Assembly: GCA_040954595.2 (NCBI GenBank)
Contig: CM082592.2
Location: forward strand, 8,791,677 to 8,855,676
DNA: 64,000 nt
Source: Balanoglossus misakiensis
Taxonomy: Eukaryota; Animalia; Hemichordata
Reading direction: 5' to 3'
The notes below the pieces were generated by a model. That model had not been told where the DNA came from and made no database searches. It saw only the letters and a list, made by a program, of their open reading frames with translations. This document shows positions 42,007 through 54,826 of the stretch, in pieces (positions within the stretch are counted from its first letter, which is position 1; every line of letters begins with the position of its first letter). A program made the position numbers and the translations under genes.

Positions 42007-45000
42007 CTACTGGCAAACTATTGGTTGGTTATCAGGATGGTCGACAGTGAGAGTCGAGTTGTACTCAGCCGATAGAATACTCCGAGACAGAGTCTTGGTA
42101 TCTGGCCAAACGATTTCTACGTAGCTGGCGGTGCCTGTCCCCAGCCCGAAATGAGCGACAGGTTCCATCTGGCAGAGATATCCCGACCCGCCGTCGATGA
42201 CTCTCACTTGAACGGAACAGTCGCCGCCGTACAGCGTCACTTTGGCTCCTCTGGCGGGAGCGCCGGAGCGTGTTCTCGGCAGGATCCGAACCCAGGTGTT
42301 GTCGCCGCCGTAAGCGGGATAATACAGGGTGAGCGGTTGGCTGTCGGATTCGCCGTGTGAAAGTAGCAGCTCTAATTGTCCGTCGCCATTCAGATCAGCT
42401 ACAGCGCCACCTTGATCATTGTAGAATGGACAGAATAGAAAAGAACTGGTATAATTGTCCGATTGTTTAAGTCTGATGTGGATGCTAACAGGAGTACGTA
42501 TTTTTCTCCAGGTATTCTAGTTAAATATACGAGGCATTTTAGAGGAGGTCGTAAGCTGGTATATTCAATTGGGATTTTTTTTTTCAGAATTTTGTCATGA
42601 TGAGATTGAAGTTAGTGATGTCAACTTTCGAACGTGCCATTGATGCGTGCGCCGTGTTTCCTGAGCTTATCGGAGATCATGAGCTCGGGGCAACATACCT
42701 GTTCCCGCGCCCTCTGGCTCCAAGGCGTCGCCAATTTCGATTTCCTCGACGGTAGGGCTGCCGTCAACACCGACTCGATTTACCTTGTACACGTAGTTGG
42801 GTTCGGGTCCAATGCCCCGGTAGATGTTGTTCATGAAGATTTCCTGCATGCCGTCGTTGTCGAAGTCGTTCACTATCACCGTCCTGATCGACGAAGGCTC
42901 GTTGAAGTTTGACGACGAAGCGGCAGCAATGTTCTGGAACAGAAACGCCACATTCGCTTTTAGCTTTTCATTGTACTCTGCATGCACAGATGGGCTTGGA
43001 AAATTTCCAAATTATTTTGTGCATCGCAATCTTTATATTCTACTGGTTTAACCAAAGACATCTGAAAGAATGACGACTCATGAATACTGAAGTCAGTTCC
43101 TAAAATTGAAAGATTGGTTAATTTTACAAACCCGGAACGATCTGCCAGTGATGGAGCTCCGCTGTTGTAGATATATTCTATGTGGTCCCAACCAATTTCC
43201 GAACACGATGTCAATCAATCGGTCGTTATTCAAATCGGCAAGAACGACGCCGCGGCCGTTTTGATCTGGGTCGTCCACACCTTGAAACATAAACAGCGTT
43301 TCCTCGCATTTAATAATACTATACATGTTTTAGATCCAAACATTTTGATAATTCGGCGCTTTTCACACATTTCTTATCTTTATAGACTTTACAAAATTGC
43401 TGTTCTCATTTTTTTTAAAGTCGGACTCGTACTCCCCCTCTCCTGGTGAAGCCTGTTAGCTTACCGTATTCGGCGGCAACTTCTTCGAAGGTGCCATCCC
43501 CGAGATTGCGAAAGAGAAAATTTGGCCCTCTCTCGTTGTCAGTAAAGACATCCGACCGACCGTCGTCATTCAGGATTGGTCCAACAGCAACACCTCGACC
43601 ACCTGGAAGAGAACAGATCGTCATGAACGATTTTTTTTTTTACTTTGGCATAACTCAAACTTTCTGATCAATATTAAAATGGTACAAAAAGTATACGAAA
43701 ATCATTCAAAACTGTTCAGATAACACATTTGTCAATGTATTCGTGAATTTTGACCCCACCTGTGAGCTTGTTGGTGCCAGCTTCTTCAGCCACATCGTGC
43801 AGGGCGATGATTCCTTCAGCAACGTCGCTGAGCGCCTCATTCATCTCAATCAATGCGAAGGGACCGACGTTGCCAGAATTGTAGTTCGCCAAGAAGAACC
43901 CGTATGTACCTGTTCCTCGCCTATCAACACACGCCACAGACCGACCTTATAAAAAATGCAATAAAAAAGTTTTTTAACGTCATGTATGAAACTTCATTAC
44001 TATTCTTTATTGGTACAGACGTAAGAAATCAACAGGTGTCTCTCCCCCCCCCCCCCCTCGCCCGGCGGCACATGCGCATGCGTTGGCTGCCACGGCCCAA
44101 TGGGGCGTACGCGTGCCCCGAGGTATCATACCTGCCTACACACGTTGAACTTCGAGTAAGGGCCTGCACTGACTCCACGTAACAAAGTTCACAAAGTGAT
44201 GTAAGAGCAATAAGACCTAATTTGTTTTTTCTTCAACAATAGCACGCATTCTTTTTAATGTTTTCACGGCTTGGGAACAAGGGTGATTGACCCCTTTTTC
44301 TTTGTGGGCCTACAAGGCGAGGAAACGCCCAGTGTATCCTGCCGATGGGAACATGTAGGAAATGTCGCGAAACTAATATTTCCCAGGAAAATGACAAAAG
44401 CCATGGTATCGCTATTCCCCGCTATACACGTGTGATAAACCGACACGCAATAGTTACCTGCAAAGTAGTTCAACACGTTCGAGTTGACGGGATCCGAGAA
44501 CAAATCTTCGTATTTTCCGTCTCGGAATTTAAACAGTTTATCACCGTATGCTGCCACGCCAGAAAACGCGTTATTGGTGTTCAGAAAGTATATCTCCTCG
44601 TTCCCGTCTCCGTCAACGTCACAAGCACATACTCCTATCGCCTGCCCCTCGACGTCACGCAAATTATAGTAAGGCGAGGATGAGTCGTTCACGGCGATGT
44701 TTTCCAGTTTCTCAGTGTTGGAATTCCATTTCAGCACCAAATTTGGAGCGCCATACCTATTAAAAATGGTTATTTTTATCATAACAATCAAATTTATAAA
44801 CATATGACATGGGATAATGCTCGAAATAACAATAAAACAAAACAAAGAAAACACAATTAGCGATTGGAAAAGCTGTGGGTATAGTTATTATGCATCCGAA
44901 TTCACTCAGTGAAAGTAAAGTACACAACTGTATCTAGGACAGGCCTATGTTCCCTTCCATGTGGTGCGGATAATTTTACTATTTTAATCTAACCTATTTT

Positions 45001-45337
45001 CCTTTCATATTGGCCAAAACAGATAAACCATCATAGCCACTTGCAATTCTTTTTGGATGTTGTATAAAGCAAAAACGAAAAGAGTGGCGAACTTGGCAGT
45101 GTACAAGTTAGAAACGAAACCATGTGAGAAGGCTCCTACCCACCCTGCCACGATAAATTCGAACTCGCCGTCATGATCAACATCGGAAACAGCGACTCCG
45201 TAGTTCAGCTGAGGCGGGTTGGAATCGGCGTCGAGTGCCTCGCTGGTCTTCGAGACGAACATCCCGGTCTGGGCGTTGACTACTGCATGCAGTGCAAAAA
45301 GAAACGCCACGGTCTTCATAGTGTTGTTGGACATCAT
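42007..45337 (-). CDS. CRTAC1: Cartilage acidic protein 1-like secreted protein (FG-GAP repeats plus ASPIC/UnbV domain), 7 coding exons
   Basis: Exons 45337-45144, 44756-44458, 43945-43760, 43602-43465, 43280-43132, 42933-42699 and 42410-42007 join in frame. Signal peptide MKTVAFLFALHAVVNA; NPPQLNYGVAVSDVDHDG; repeated DxDxDG Ca-binding loops; C-terminal RVIDGGSGYLCQMEPVAHFGLG. Confidence 0.93.
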
Positions 45338-46375
45338 AGGTATCTTCCACGTCTTGCAATCAACGGTTTATGTATGTTGACTGGACTGTATACGCGCGTG
45401 CATAGGCGTGGTGTATTCCTGTAGGGATAGACACTAAATATTTGCCCAGTCTTCCTGTGTGGTGCGATGGTGGTGCAGGTATGTGACGCGTTACCTCCAA
45501 ACCTCCTGATCGTTTTCATTCATACTTTCAGAAACTTGCGAACGCGCGGGTTACATAACAGAATATTACGAAAGCGAGGTATTTTACGTAAAAAAGTAAT
45601 TTCCATAAGAAAGAGCGTGTGCGGGCCGAGGGACATTGTACGTCGTGTGCGCAAAATCTTAGCAACGACAAAGATGGTTTTCTTCTTCCCGTCTATGATC
45701 ATAGGTCACAGACAAAAGAAAAAAACTCTTTCTCTTTTGAGAAAATATTTTCTCTTGGTCTGTGTCATTGTGTTGTATGCATGGCGGTTCGTTTATTCTC
45801 AATCGTTCGTCCTTCGGGCTATTTATCTTTCATGAGTCGACTCGTCACACGTTCATTGCAGAAATTTTGGAGAGCGAAGTTGCAGCCAAAGCACAGTCCA
45901 GTCTTCACACTAAAGGGAGACCCATTTGATATCTCGGGAGGGGGTGGATGGACGATTTTATTTGTTTTTTTTTTTTTTTGGGGGGGGGGGAGATAGCTGG
46001 GACATGAAGAGCGCCCCCAACATACGATTCTTTAAGTTTGGTGAAAATATAAACTCAACGAATCTCCAAAAAGTCACAGGAATTTTTTTGTTCAAAATAT
46101 TTATTTGAATGCATACAAAAAGAAGAAAAACACTAAGCAAAAGAGCATCTTACAACTGTGTACATGAACAAACAGTTTACATTCACAAGGGTCGAGCATC
46201 AAAGCTTGATTGATGTGTCTATTGTTTTGCTGTGTGTCAGGTACAACAGTTATCAATTCTTCAAGATTCCTTAAGAAACTTTATAAATAGAAATCTGACA
46301 GGGAACTTGACCACAAAGTCTGAATCTGTCACTTATTCTCAGGTGACCTCATTTGCTGGTCTCTTCACAGCCTTT

Positions 46376-49300
46376 TCAATTCGGCTCACTCTCATTCGGC
46401 GACAGAAGCTGCAGCAACCGGTTCAGTTCCTGGTGGTTCTCTACAACCTCAGGGACTTCTTTCAGTGTCTGAAAATTCAATGAAACCCAGACAAGTCAAA
46501 GCAAAATCGACAGCTTGTTTTCTGTACATGTATGTTAGCTTTGTTGGTAAATTTTAGATGGATGTTGTCTGTAATGCAAGTGTGCACGGTTAAAAAGCAA
46601 ACACCAATGTTTGTTAATTATTTTGAGATGAAAAATGTTTCATTGTGTGTGGGGGGGTGGTAGCACTCACCTGTCGTACAAGTTCCACAATTTCATCTAA
46701 TCTGTACACTTCCTCTTCAGCTTTCTTCCAATTGCCCTCCAATGTCTTCCACTGAAATGGTTGAAAATATAAAACAATTTAAAGTTCTTAACATTCGTAT
46801 AAGAAAATTAGAAAACCATTGCCAAGAGTATGAGCTGAATTCCACAGCAAGGTTGAGTATTATCAGTAGACATTATTTCTTACTTGTTTGATGGCTTTTG
46901 CGTTCATATTCTCGTAGTATTCATCTTTCTCCATCATGTGTAACTTTAATTTCTCCACCTGTGTAAGAGACCAAATTATAATCATTTCATTTATACTAAA
47001 CAAACACAGAGCCCAAACATTCAACACAAGAACCTCAACCAGGTCACGAGCATGTGATATCCCCATACCTCTTGTTTCAGTATCATCTTCTCCCGGATGT
47101 AGACCGCTTCCTTGGAACCCAGGCTCTTGCTCTGCAGCAAGTCTTCAAGACGTCGCAGGGCGTCTTCCAGCTCCTGCTGCAGCACGGTTTTCTCTCGGCT
47201 CAGCAGCTGACACTCTGATGTCAGCTTGTCAATCTGCTTGGTGAATTTCTGTGACACAAGAGAGACAGAAAGAAACTTCATGATAAATTTTAAAGTTTCG
47301 ACAGTTTCCCAAAGTTTTATTCTCACTTTCTAAGAGAGAATAACCCAAAGCTGCCTTGAGAAAAAGTTTAAGTCATACCTGAATATTAGACTGCTGATCA
47401 GTAAATCTACCCAGATTATCGGCCATTTCACTGATCTTGACCTTGGAATACTCCAGCGATTGTTCGCTCTCATGCAGCTCATTCCTCTTCTGCTTCAGTT
47501 CATGTTGAAGTCTCCTCTCCCTCGCCTCACTCTCGTGCAGCTGGTCTTTGATGAGGTCAAGGTCATTGTCGTACCTCTCAGTCAGTCTCTCTTTGTTTCT
47601 TGTGAGGTGATACCTGAAGGTAGAGAACCGTCCTTATGAAAACCATGGCTAACATTTTATATGAGGGAGAGGACGTTTCGCATTCAGTTTTAGTCAGGTT
47701 TTGTTGTTAAAATTTAACTGTAACTGTTGTTGACGTAAATAAGTAGAAAAGTCTGTCTAATTCCATGGTAACATACCATGGAGATCCTTTTAATAATTTA
47801 AGATTGTGGTAAATGACTGCACGATTATTTTATACTTTTTACAAATGAGCAACAGGCTGACTAGATACACAGTGTGCTACATTCACTCTTAGTTTAGAAT
47901 TACATTTTGTATACTTACACTTGTTCACTGAGTTCCTCGATTGATTTGTGGCCTGCGCTCTCCAACACCTTGATCAGCTGCCAGAACTCTGTCAGGATCG
48001 CCTTGACATCGCTGACCTGGTCGCCGAGGGTAACGTCAGGTTCGCCAATTACAGCTTCCGACTCATCTGCGCCCAGCTCATCTCCGCCTCCCTGATTGGC
48101 TGCCGACTGCAGGGGCTGGAAAGCACTCCCCGCCGATTCACCAATGGTGAGGCGCCTTTCAGAGGGTTGCGGAGCGTCTGGACTGTCGGCAGCGTCAACC
48201 GAAGTGGTCGCCGACGATTTCCTAACTGCTTCGAGAACGGAAGAGACAAGACTCGACGCTCCAGCAGCACCAGTTTGAGATTTTCCCTGTCTCTGAGTGG
48301 TACTCGCTGCTGTAGGTTGTTCTACGCTTGAACTGATGTTGGTGGTAATTTTCTGATGTAATAAAGAGAAAAACATTATGAAAACAATAAAATTTGACCA
48401 CAGATATTAAGTGGGGTAACAAAAATAAAAACATGCTGATCAGGAAATAAATGATGAATGTGTGGCATGAACAGACACTGCAATCACTATTGGGACTACT
48501 TTGTACTTGTTATTTTGATGTTTGACTTTGTGGTGTGTTCCATGCATATTTTGTTTGCCGCTCTCTTGAAAGTATGATCCTGGAATTTCTAAAATTCACA
48601 CGTCAAGGATAAGTTGCTCAAAATTCCCTTCAATACCTTGTCAGAGTTCAGTTTCTGTTGTATTGCTGTGGTCATCTTGTGGAGTTCATCCCTCAGTGCT
48701 TTGATCTCGGTGGTGGCCGAGTTGATTTCGTTGACTTGTTTGTACAGCAACCACTCTGCCTGGGCTTTGGTGCCGCTCAACTCCAACTGCACATCGTGAA
48801 GTTGAACCCTTAAAATGTCAACATAAAATAAAACAGGATTACGATACTATCGGGGTACTGCTATGAAGTATTGTAAGCCTTCTTGTCTGCCATTGTAGCT
48901 TCTTAGAAAAATAACTTCAGCAACAATTGTTTGTTGATTTTTTATCCTTACCCAAGTTGTTCCACTGTTGCCGTCAGCTGAGCACACTCCTCAGTCTTCT
49001 CGAAGACTTTCACCCGTTGCCGCGACAACTCCAAATTGTCCACCTTGAGTTTATTCTCTGATTCTTCCAAGGATTCTGCCAGCATTTTCCTCTCTTCTTC
49101 CATAAACTCTTGGTTGTCTCTGTGTTGTGTTTGTAAAGTCTACAAGCAAAGCATTGAGGTGGGTATTATCACTAGAATGTAGTTGTAGCTGAAAAGTCCA
49201 GCTCTTCATATCCCAAAGCTGTGCAATTTCCAGATTATTAATTTTGATCAAACATTTCAAGACACTGTTAAATCATGGGCAAATCACCCAACAAACATTA

Positions 49301-52300
49301 GACAACATCTGACCGGAGAGAAGCTGTAACGTTTGGGGGTTTATATAGGGGGGTCTATACCACCTCCCTATGATGCTCTTACCTCCAGCTGGTCTTGTAG
49401 ATTGCCATATTTCTCTCTGAGGTTGCCAAACTCTTGTAGCTCTTCATTCTGTTTGGTAATGGTCTGCTCTTTCTCTTCAAGGGTTCCTTGCAGACTGGCA
49501 ACCTGGCCTGCCATCTCCTCTTCAAATCTGACATATTAAAATTGCACATTTTAAATGTAGATATGCATCTAGCCATACCAATGTTTCCACTCTCAACAGT
49601 CGCAAATCAAATCACTCTGATGCAACACAAACTCAATAAGATCACAATATCTTTTAGGAATAAATGCTCACCTTTTTAACTCAATCTCGATAAATTCATT
49701 CATGGTTTTCATTTTGCTTTCCGCATCTTCAGCTCTGGCTCTCAGTTGCTGTATCTCAGTGTCCTTCCGTTGCATGTCGGTCTCCACCACTTGAATCTCC
49801 GCTGACCATCTCTGCAGAGAGTCTTCCAAGTCTTTGTTCTTTTTGTCCTGCTTCTCAACTTCTTCCTCCAGTCTCTCTTTCTCTGTCGGGAGAATGCACA
49901 GCACCAAATTGTCAGTTCATAATGTCATTTGCCTCTGGGACAGATTTTCAAAGAGGTTCAAAAATTCACACACACACACAAACTATCCCTATTATGTACC
50001 TTCTTTCAAAAGATGTATTTCTGGAGCTAATCCAGCAATCTGAGCTGTTGATTCATACAGCTGGGTTAGGCTGTCTTCATAAAGTATCTGTGTCAGGTTT
50101 TTCTTACGCTCCATACTTTTCATCTCTTGGTGGCAATTGACCATAGCTGACTGCAATTCACTCTCTTTTCTGTCCAATTCATCCTGCTGGTGGATTAAAC
50201 TCTGTTCCTGTTTTTTAAAAAAAAACATGTCAGCCAGATACAAGAATGGGGATTTATTCAGAAACAGATCTCAAAAGAAATTGATAGACCAGAAACAGCT
50301 GTTTCCATTTCTGTCATACATTTAATTATTTTACAAACCTTTTCAGCTAGCTTTATATGTTTCTCCTTGAGCCTGGCATGAAATTCTTGACAATTTCTAG
50401 AGAGTGTCTTCATTTTTGCTGCTTCTGAGTTCTGGGCGTCTCTGTTTCTGCGCAACTTTTGAATTTTCTGTCTGTATACATCAAGTTCCGTCTGTAATTC
50501 TTCAACTTGTTTACAGGCTTGGACATAGGCAACGCGGTTCTGGTTTTGGGTTAAACTTGACACCTAATCAGCAAGAGAAAAGGTCAAACGCACATCCCAA
50601 GGATGAGATCTCTGTTGTAGCAATATTTTGAGTGATTTTTTTTTATTTTGAAGTTTGAATCACGTATGCTGTGAGCTTTACCTCTTGTTTGTGCTGTTGA
50701 TAGCTTCTCCTTAGATCAGCCTGCAAATGCAAAACCTGTTTCTTGTATCTCTCTTCTACCTCATTTTTTTCTTCTTGCAGGCGCGAAAGATCGTCACTTT
50801 TCTGAAGGAGAGGAGATTGCAAGTTGTCAACAGTTTACATCTAGATAATTATGTAGAAATATTTCATAGGAAACAATTGTTTTTGACCAGATCATTGGTG
50901 GTGAAAGGGTTAAACTGGGTACCTCTTTTATTATTGATTCCAGAGTTCCGATCTCGTTCAGGTGTTGACCGACCTGAGACATCAAATCGCCGATGTCACC
51001 CTGCATTGCATCCTGTGGAAATGAAAGACAGTGAGAGGTAGAGTGAACACTCTGAACACTGAAAGCATGTATGGATGATGATGATAGTAAACGTAGCATA
51101 CATTTATAAATATATGATATTTTTTGCAAGGGACTCACCTTGGCCTTCTGAACTAGTTCCGATACCGTCTTGTCCTGGCCCTCATTCTTTTCTTTCAACT
51201 GTTTGATCATTGAGACATATCTGGATTCTTGCTGTCTGAGCTTATCCACTTCTTTGCGCAGCAGTTCATTGCTAATCGCGGCAATTTCAAGATCTGAAAC
51301 CAACTGTCCGACTTCACTGCTGTTGCTAGCCCCATCACCTGGATAGCTATGAAAAAAAGACGATTGAAATTTGTAAATAACTGTGTTCAGTATAGATTAG
51401 TTTCCAAATTAGATAGGGTTCAGTTTAGACTGGTTTTACTGTACATAAGTATATACTCACTGCACCCCGAGTGGTGTCGTCATTGTTCCTTTGCTGGTAG
51501 TGGTGCTTGGCGCTCGGGGAGAGGTGCCAATGTCAACGGTTGAAGCCGCAATCGGACTGGTTCCCTGGTCGATCTCCCAGCGCCGCTTCATGGAAGGCGT
51601 GGTCATAGTAGACGACGACGTCTGGTAGAAGTCGTCGCTGTGATGGGTGGCGGTCTCGGCATCTCGGTACTCAAGAACGAATGCTGGACTGGTTCCCTGG
51701 TCCCTCTCCCTGTACCTTTGCAGTGTTGGTGTGGTCATAGCGCAGAAGGCTTCCCTATCTTCAGGATGCACTGTGCTTGGTGGCATTGGACTGGTTGCCT
51801 GGTCTCTACACAAATGCCATTTCAGAAATGGGGTTGCCGCAGTATCCCCAAGGTGGTGCGGTGAACAGGCAGCTTCTGTGTACTGGACTGGGGTGGTGCA
51901 TGTGCCAGCTTCCACTGTTGGCACTGCGCACACGTTGGTTACTTGATCCAAACCCGAGAGCGTCTTTGATCGGGGGGACCTTTCAGAATCTTGGAACTGA
52001 GCAGCAACAGCGGAACTAGAGCATGCGTCACCTTCTGGCGAAACAGGCCTGCTGTGATGGCCTGATTCTGTGAATTCAACAGTTGCCGCTGCTGGGGTGG
52101 CTGAATCTACACTGTCTTTCATGATTGCGGGTGTAACATTTTCTGTAGCCTGGCACTGTGGTGGGCTGGTTGGAGGGGTCATCAAAGCCAAACCTTCTGC
52201 ATCTGGCTCAGATGACGGCATCATCACGGGAGGCGACCTCTCAAGATCACAGCCGGAATCACCTGTTCCGACGGGAACCCCATCTTGTACTGTGCGACTG

Positions 52301-53483
52301 CTTTCGGCATCATCCGGAGATACACCTGGCTCTTCCATGTCCGTTGGCATAGACTCTACTGGATCACAGATTTCCAGCTCAGCAACAGCCTCCTCGGTAG
52401 GGATGTCTGCTGATGCTTGTTCTTGCAACAGAGTTTCTGCAGCCGCAGCTATGATGCCATCAATATATTCAGATATTTGTAGATCAGTTGGCATCTCCTT
52501 AGGCCAATTTTCATTTTCATCAAGCTGAAGGTTATATAAATCAGAAACTTTAAAGGGATGAACACATTTTTCTTTAACACGATGTCAGAATAAAATCCAC
52601 AATCCAAAATAGACAGTGTAGCAAAGGTTTACCTGTTTCTTTCCTTGTCTATCAACACTGTCAACAACCTGATCAACGAGGTCCTGGACACACTGCCTGA
52701 CATCAAGCATCACAATATCTGGCGAATGCAGTTGCAGTATTCCAAACTGCTTGGCCAAATCCTCCATCTCAGTTTCTTTCTGTTTGACTTCACCCTGGCA
52801 TACCTGCAGGAATAGATTCAAGGGTTTTGTGTTACTAGTACTTGTATCTCTTGTGGATCAAATTGATGCTGATTCCGACTTATTGACCTCAGAGCCATAC
52901 TTACATGGCCCTTTCCCAATGAACTTACTTGTTTTCCTGCTGCATGTTGTCTGTCTTCTGTATTGTTACTTTTAGACCGATCAGGAAAACTTAGAGTAAG
53001 AGGAGCTGGAGTTTTGGAAGGCCTTTATATAAAAAAAAAGAGAGAATCAGATAGAAACTTTTTGAAGTTCATCTCAGTCATGTTATTTCTTTTCTCTTCA
53101 TCCCCTTTTGAAGTTGGACCTGATGTAAACAGAGAAACATAGTTTCACTAACCTTTTCTTTGGGGTCTTAGTGGTTTCCCGGCAACTGTCCTTCTTAGCT
53201 GAAAAACCAGCAAGATGTGGCGTAAATTCTGGTTTCGCTGTATGTTTTGCGGAAGGTTCCACTGAACTGTTTACACTGAGATCTGATAAAGCTGGTCGGC
53301 TTGGTGTTCTGACCTGGTGTACAGAAATACAAGCAAAACGGTCATGCCAACTACAACCTAATGTATTACACAAGATGTTATGCACCACCCAGTAAATAAC
53401 AAGTAAGTATGCATTATCCAAAATTTTAATGTAAATTTATAAAAAATAATGCAAAAAAGTTTTGTACTTACCTGTTGCCACAT
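46376..53483 (-). CDS. SPAG5: Sperm-associated antigen 5 / astrin homologue (mitotic spindle and kinetochore coiled-coil protein), about 20 coding exons
   Basis: Starts MWQQ|VRTPSRPALSDLSVN (ATG 53483). A large S/T-P-rich disordered exon (52524-51461) is followed by long coiled-coil exons. The C-terminus YIREKMILKQEVEKLKL...WKTLEGNWKKAEEEVYRLDEIVELVRQTLKEVPEVVENHQELNRLLQLLS resembles the recalled human SPAG5 tail (WIQEKVWLSQEVDKLR...TLLSIPEVVRGCKELQGLLEFLS). Upstream exon with donor after 53994. Some internal exon edges were only approximately checked. Confidence 0.85.
51554..51804 (-). repeat. Intra-exonic tandem duplication in SPAG5 (132-nt / 44-aa period plus an older copy)
   Basis: GGACTGGTTCCCTGGTC at 51554 and 51686, and a 1-mismatch copy at 51788. 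GTGGTCATAG at 51599 and 51731, the same 132-nt offset. Confidence 0.85.
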
Positions 53484-53647
53484 ATTTCACCAAAGTCTGT
53501 GGATATTCTTCCCCAATTTGGTTGAATTTGGATCAAGCTGCTTTCAAACTCTACAAAAATACAGATTTCAAGAGGCAAGAAAATAAATTATGTCTCACAG
53601 AAACACAATATCTTTTTTGGCACGTGTGAAACTGCTTTACACTTGTA

Positions 53648-53725
53648 AACAAACAAACAAACAAACAATTCTTTTTGACAAGTACTAGTACATACATACT
53701 ACATGTACATGTACATGTACATGTA
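53648..53725. repeat. Simple-repeat patch in SPAG5 intron 1: (AAAC)5 and palindromic (ACATGT)4
   Basis: Read directly at 53648-53667 and 53701-53724. Confidence 0.9.
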
Positions 53726-54082
53726 GCTCTTTATTATTGTATTAACAAACAAAAACAAATAAACAAACAAGCAAAGAGTCTGGGCGCATGAGCCCACCCG
53801 CCCCCTTGGTCAACCCCCCCCCCCCCCCCCGGTCAAACCATAACCCAAAAATCAACACAACAGGCATGTACAGTTTATCATGCGTTGGAAGGCCAGGCTG
53901 TTTTTAGACAGAAACACATGCTCCAACAAGCTCTCCCCTCAAACATATGAATTCACACGGTTAGCATGCCGCGCCTTTAGACTGAATTCTTACCTTGATT
54001 CTCACAAAAAGTGACAAATTATCCATGTGATGTCGGCTGAACCAATTTTGACAACAGAGGAAATTCACACTGGCTTGTCCTA

Positions 54083-54146
54083 TTTAAATAATAGCGCGAA
54101 CGGTGATTGGCCAATCATGTTGCAATCGAAAGTCGGAAACGGAAGT
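54083..54146. promoter_or_regulatory. SPAG5 promoter with CDE/CHR-like element, double CCAAT and tandem ETS sites; probably bidirectional
   Basis: On the - strand TTCGCGCT-atta-TTTAAA (54100-54083); palindromic TGATTGGCCAATCA (54104-54117); CGGAAACGGAAGT (54134-54146). Confidence 0.65.
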
Positions 54147-54378
54147 CGCAAAGAGCTCTGGGTAACCAAGATAAACTTGTTCTCACGGTGTATGTTTTTT
54201 ACTTTGAAGAGTATTTAAAATTTTAAATTGCATGAAAGGGGTGCACAACCGAAAAAAATACTCGCACATACCATGACCGAAGGAATTTTGGTGACTAATC
54301 ATTGTATGTACATTTGTACGTCCAGGTCAGGGTTGTCACCTGACAAAACTGTCAGTGTCACCTGACAAAATAGTAATC

Positions 54379-54826
54379 ATGGCCTCCAAAACAAGGTGGA
54401 AGTACACGCACATTTTAGCTGTTTTAACACTGTTATTTACACACTTCAGGGCGGTAACCCTAACCTCAACAGGAACGTGTCGGGTGATGATCGAGAGAGT
54501 TGACCCAAAGCGGATAAATCCGAAAGGGCCGTGTAGTACAATGGAGCAATATGACTGTGACAAACCTCCGACCGTCAAAGAACTTGTACTAACGGCGACA
54601 GAAAAGGTGGGGCAAGCCGAAGTAGACCATTTATATCACAGGCGCTAGCCACGGACCAATTTAATTTGGTTACTAGAACATAAGATTATTTTTTTTCTTT
54701 TCTCCCCAGCTTGGTTTCCCAGCAAGTACACTTTTGTGGCCGGACACCTTGCGTAAAGTGGAAGACCCCATTTTTCTGGAAGAAGAAACATTCTTCAAAG
54801 TGACAGAAACAAACCAGGAGCTTTGA
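54379..54826 (+). CDS. Small spliced protein (~96 aa), possible KHA / ubiquitin-like beta-grasp domain
   Basis: Exons 54379-54395, 54450-54606 and 54710-54826 give MASKTRAVTLTSTGTCRVMIERVDPKRINPKGPCSTMEQYDCDKPPTVKELVLTATEKLGFPASTLLWPDTLRKVEDPIFLEEETFFKVTETNQEL*. The last acceptor is very strong (T-tract..CCCCAG at 54709). ATTAAA signals lie near 55062-55075. The 5' structure is uncertain. Confidence 0.6.

Noticed and set aside
45910-45995. Possible MITE terminus (AGGGAGACCCATTTGATATC...G-run); a loosely similar end occurs at 45-90
   Set aside because: No matching second terminal repeat or target-site duplication could be identified.
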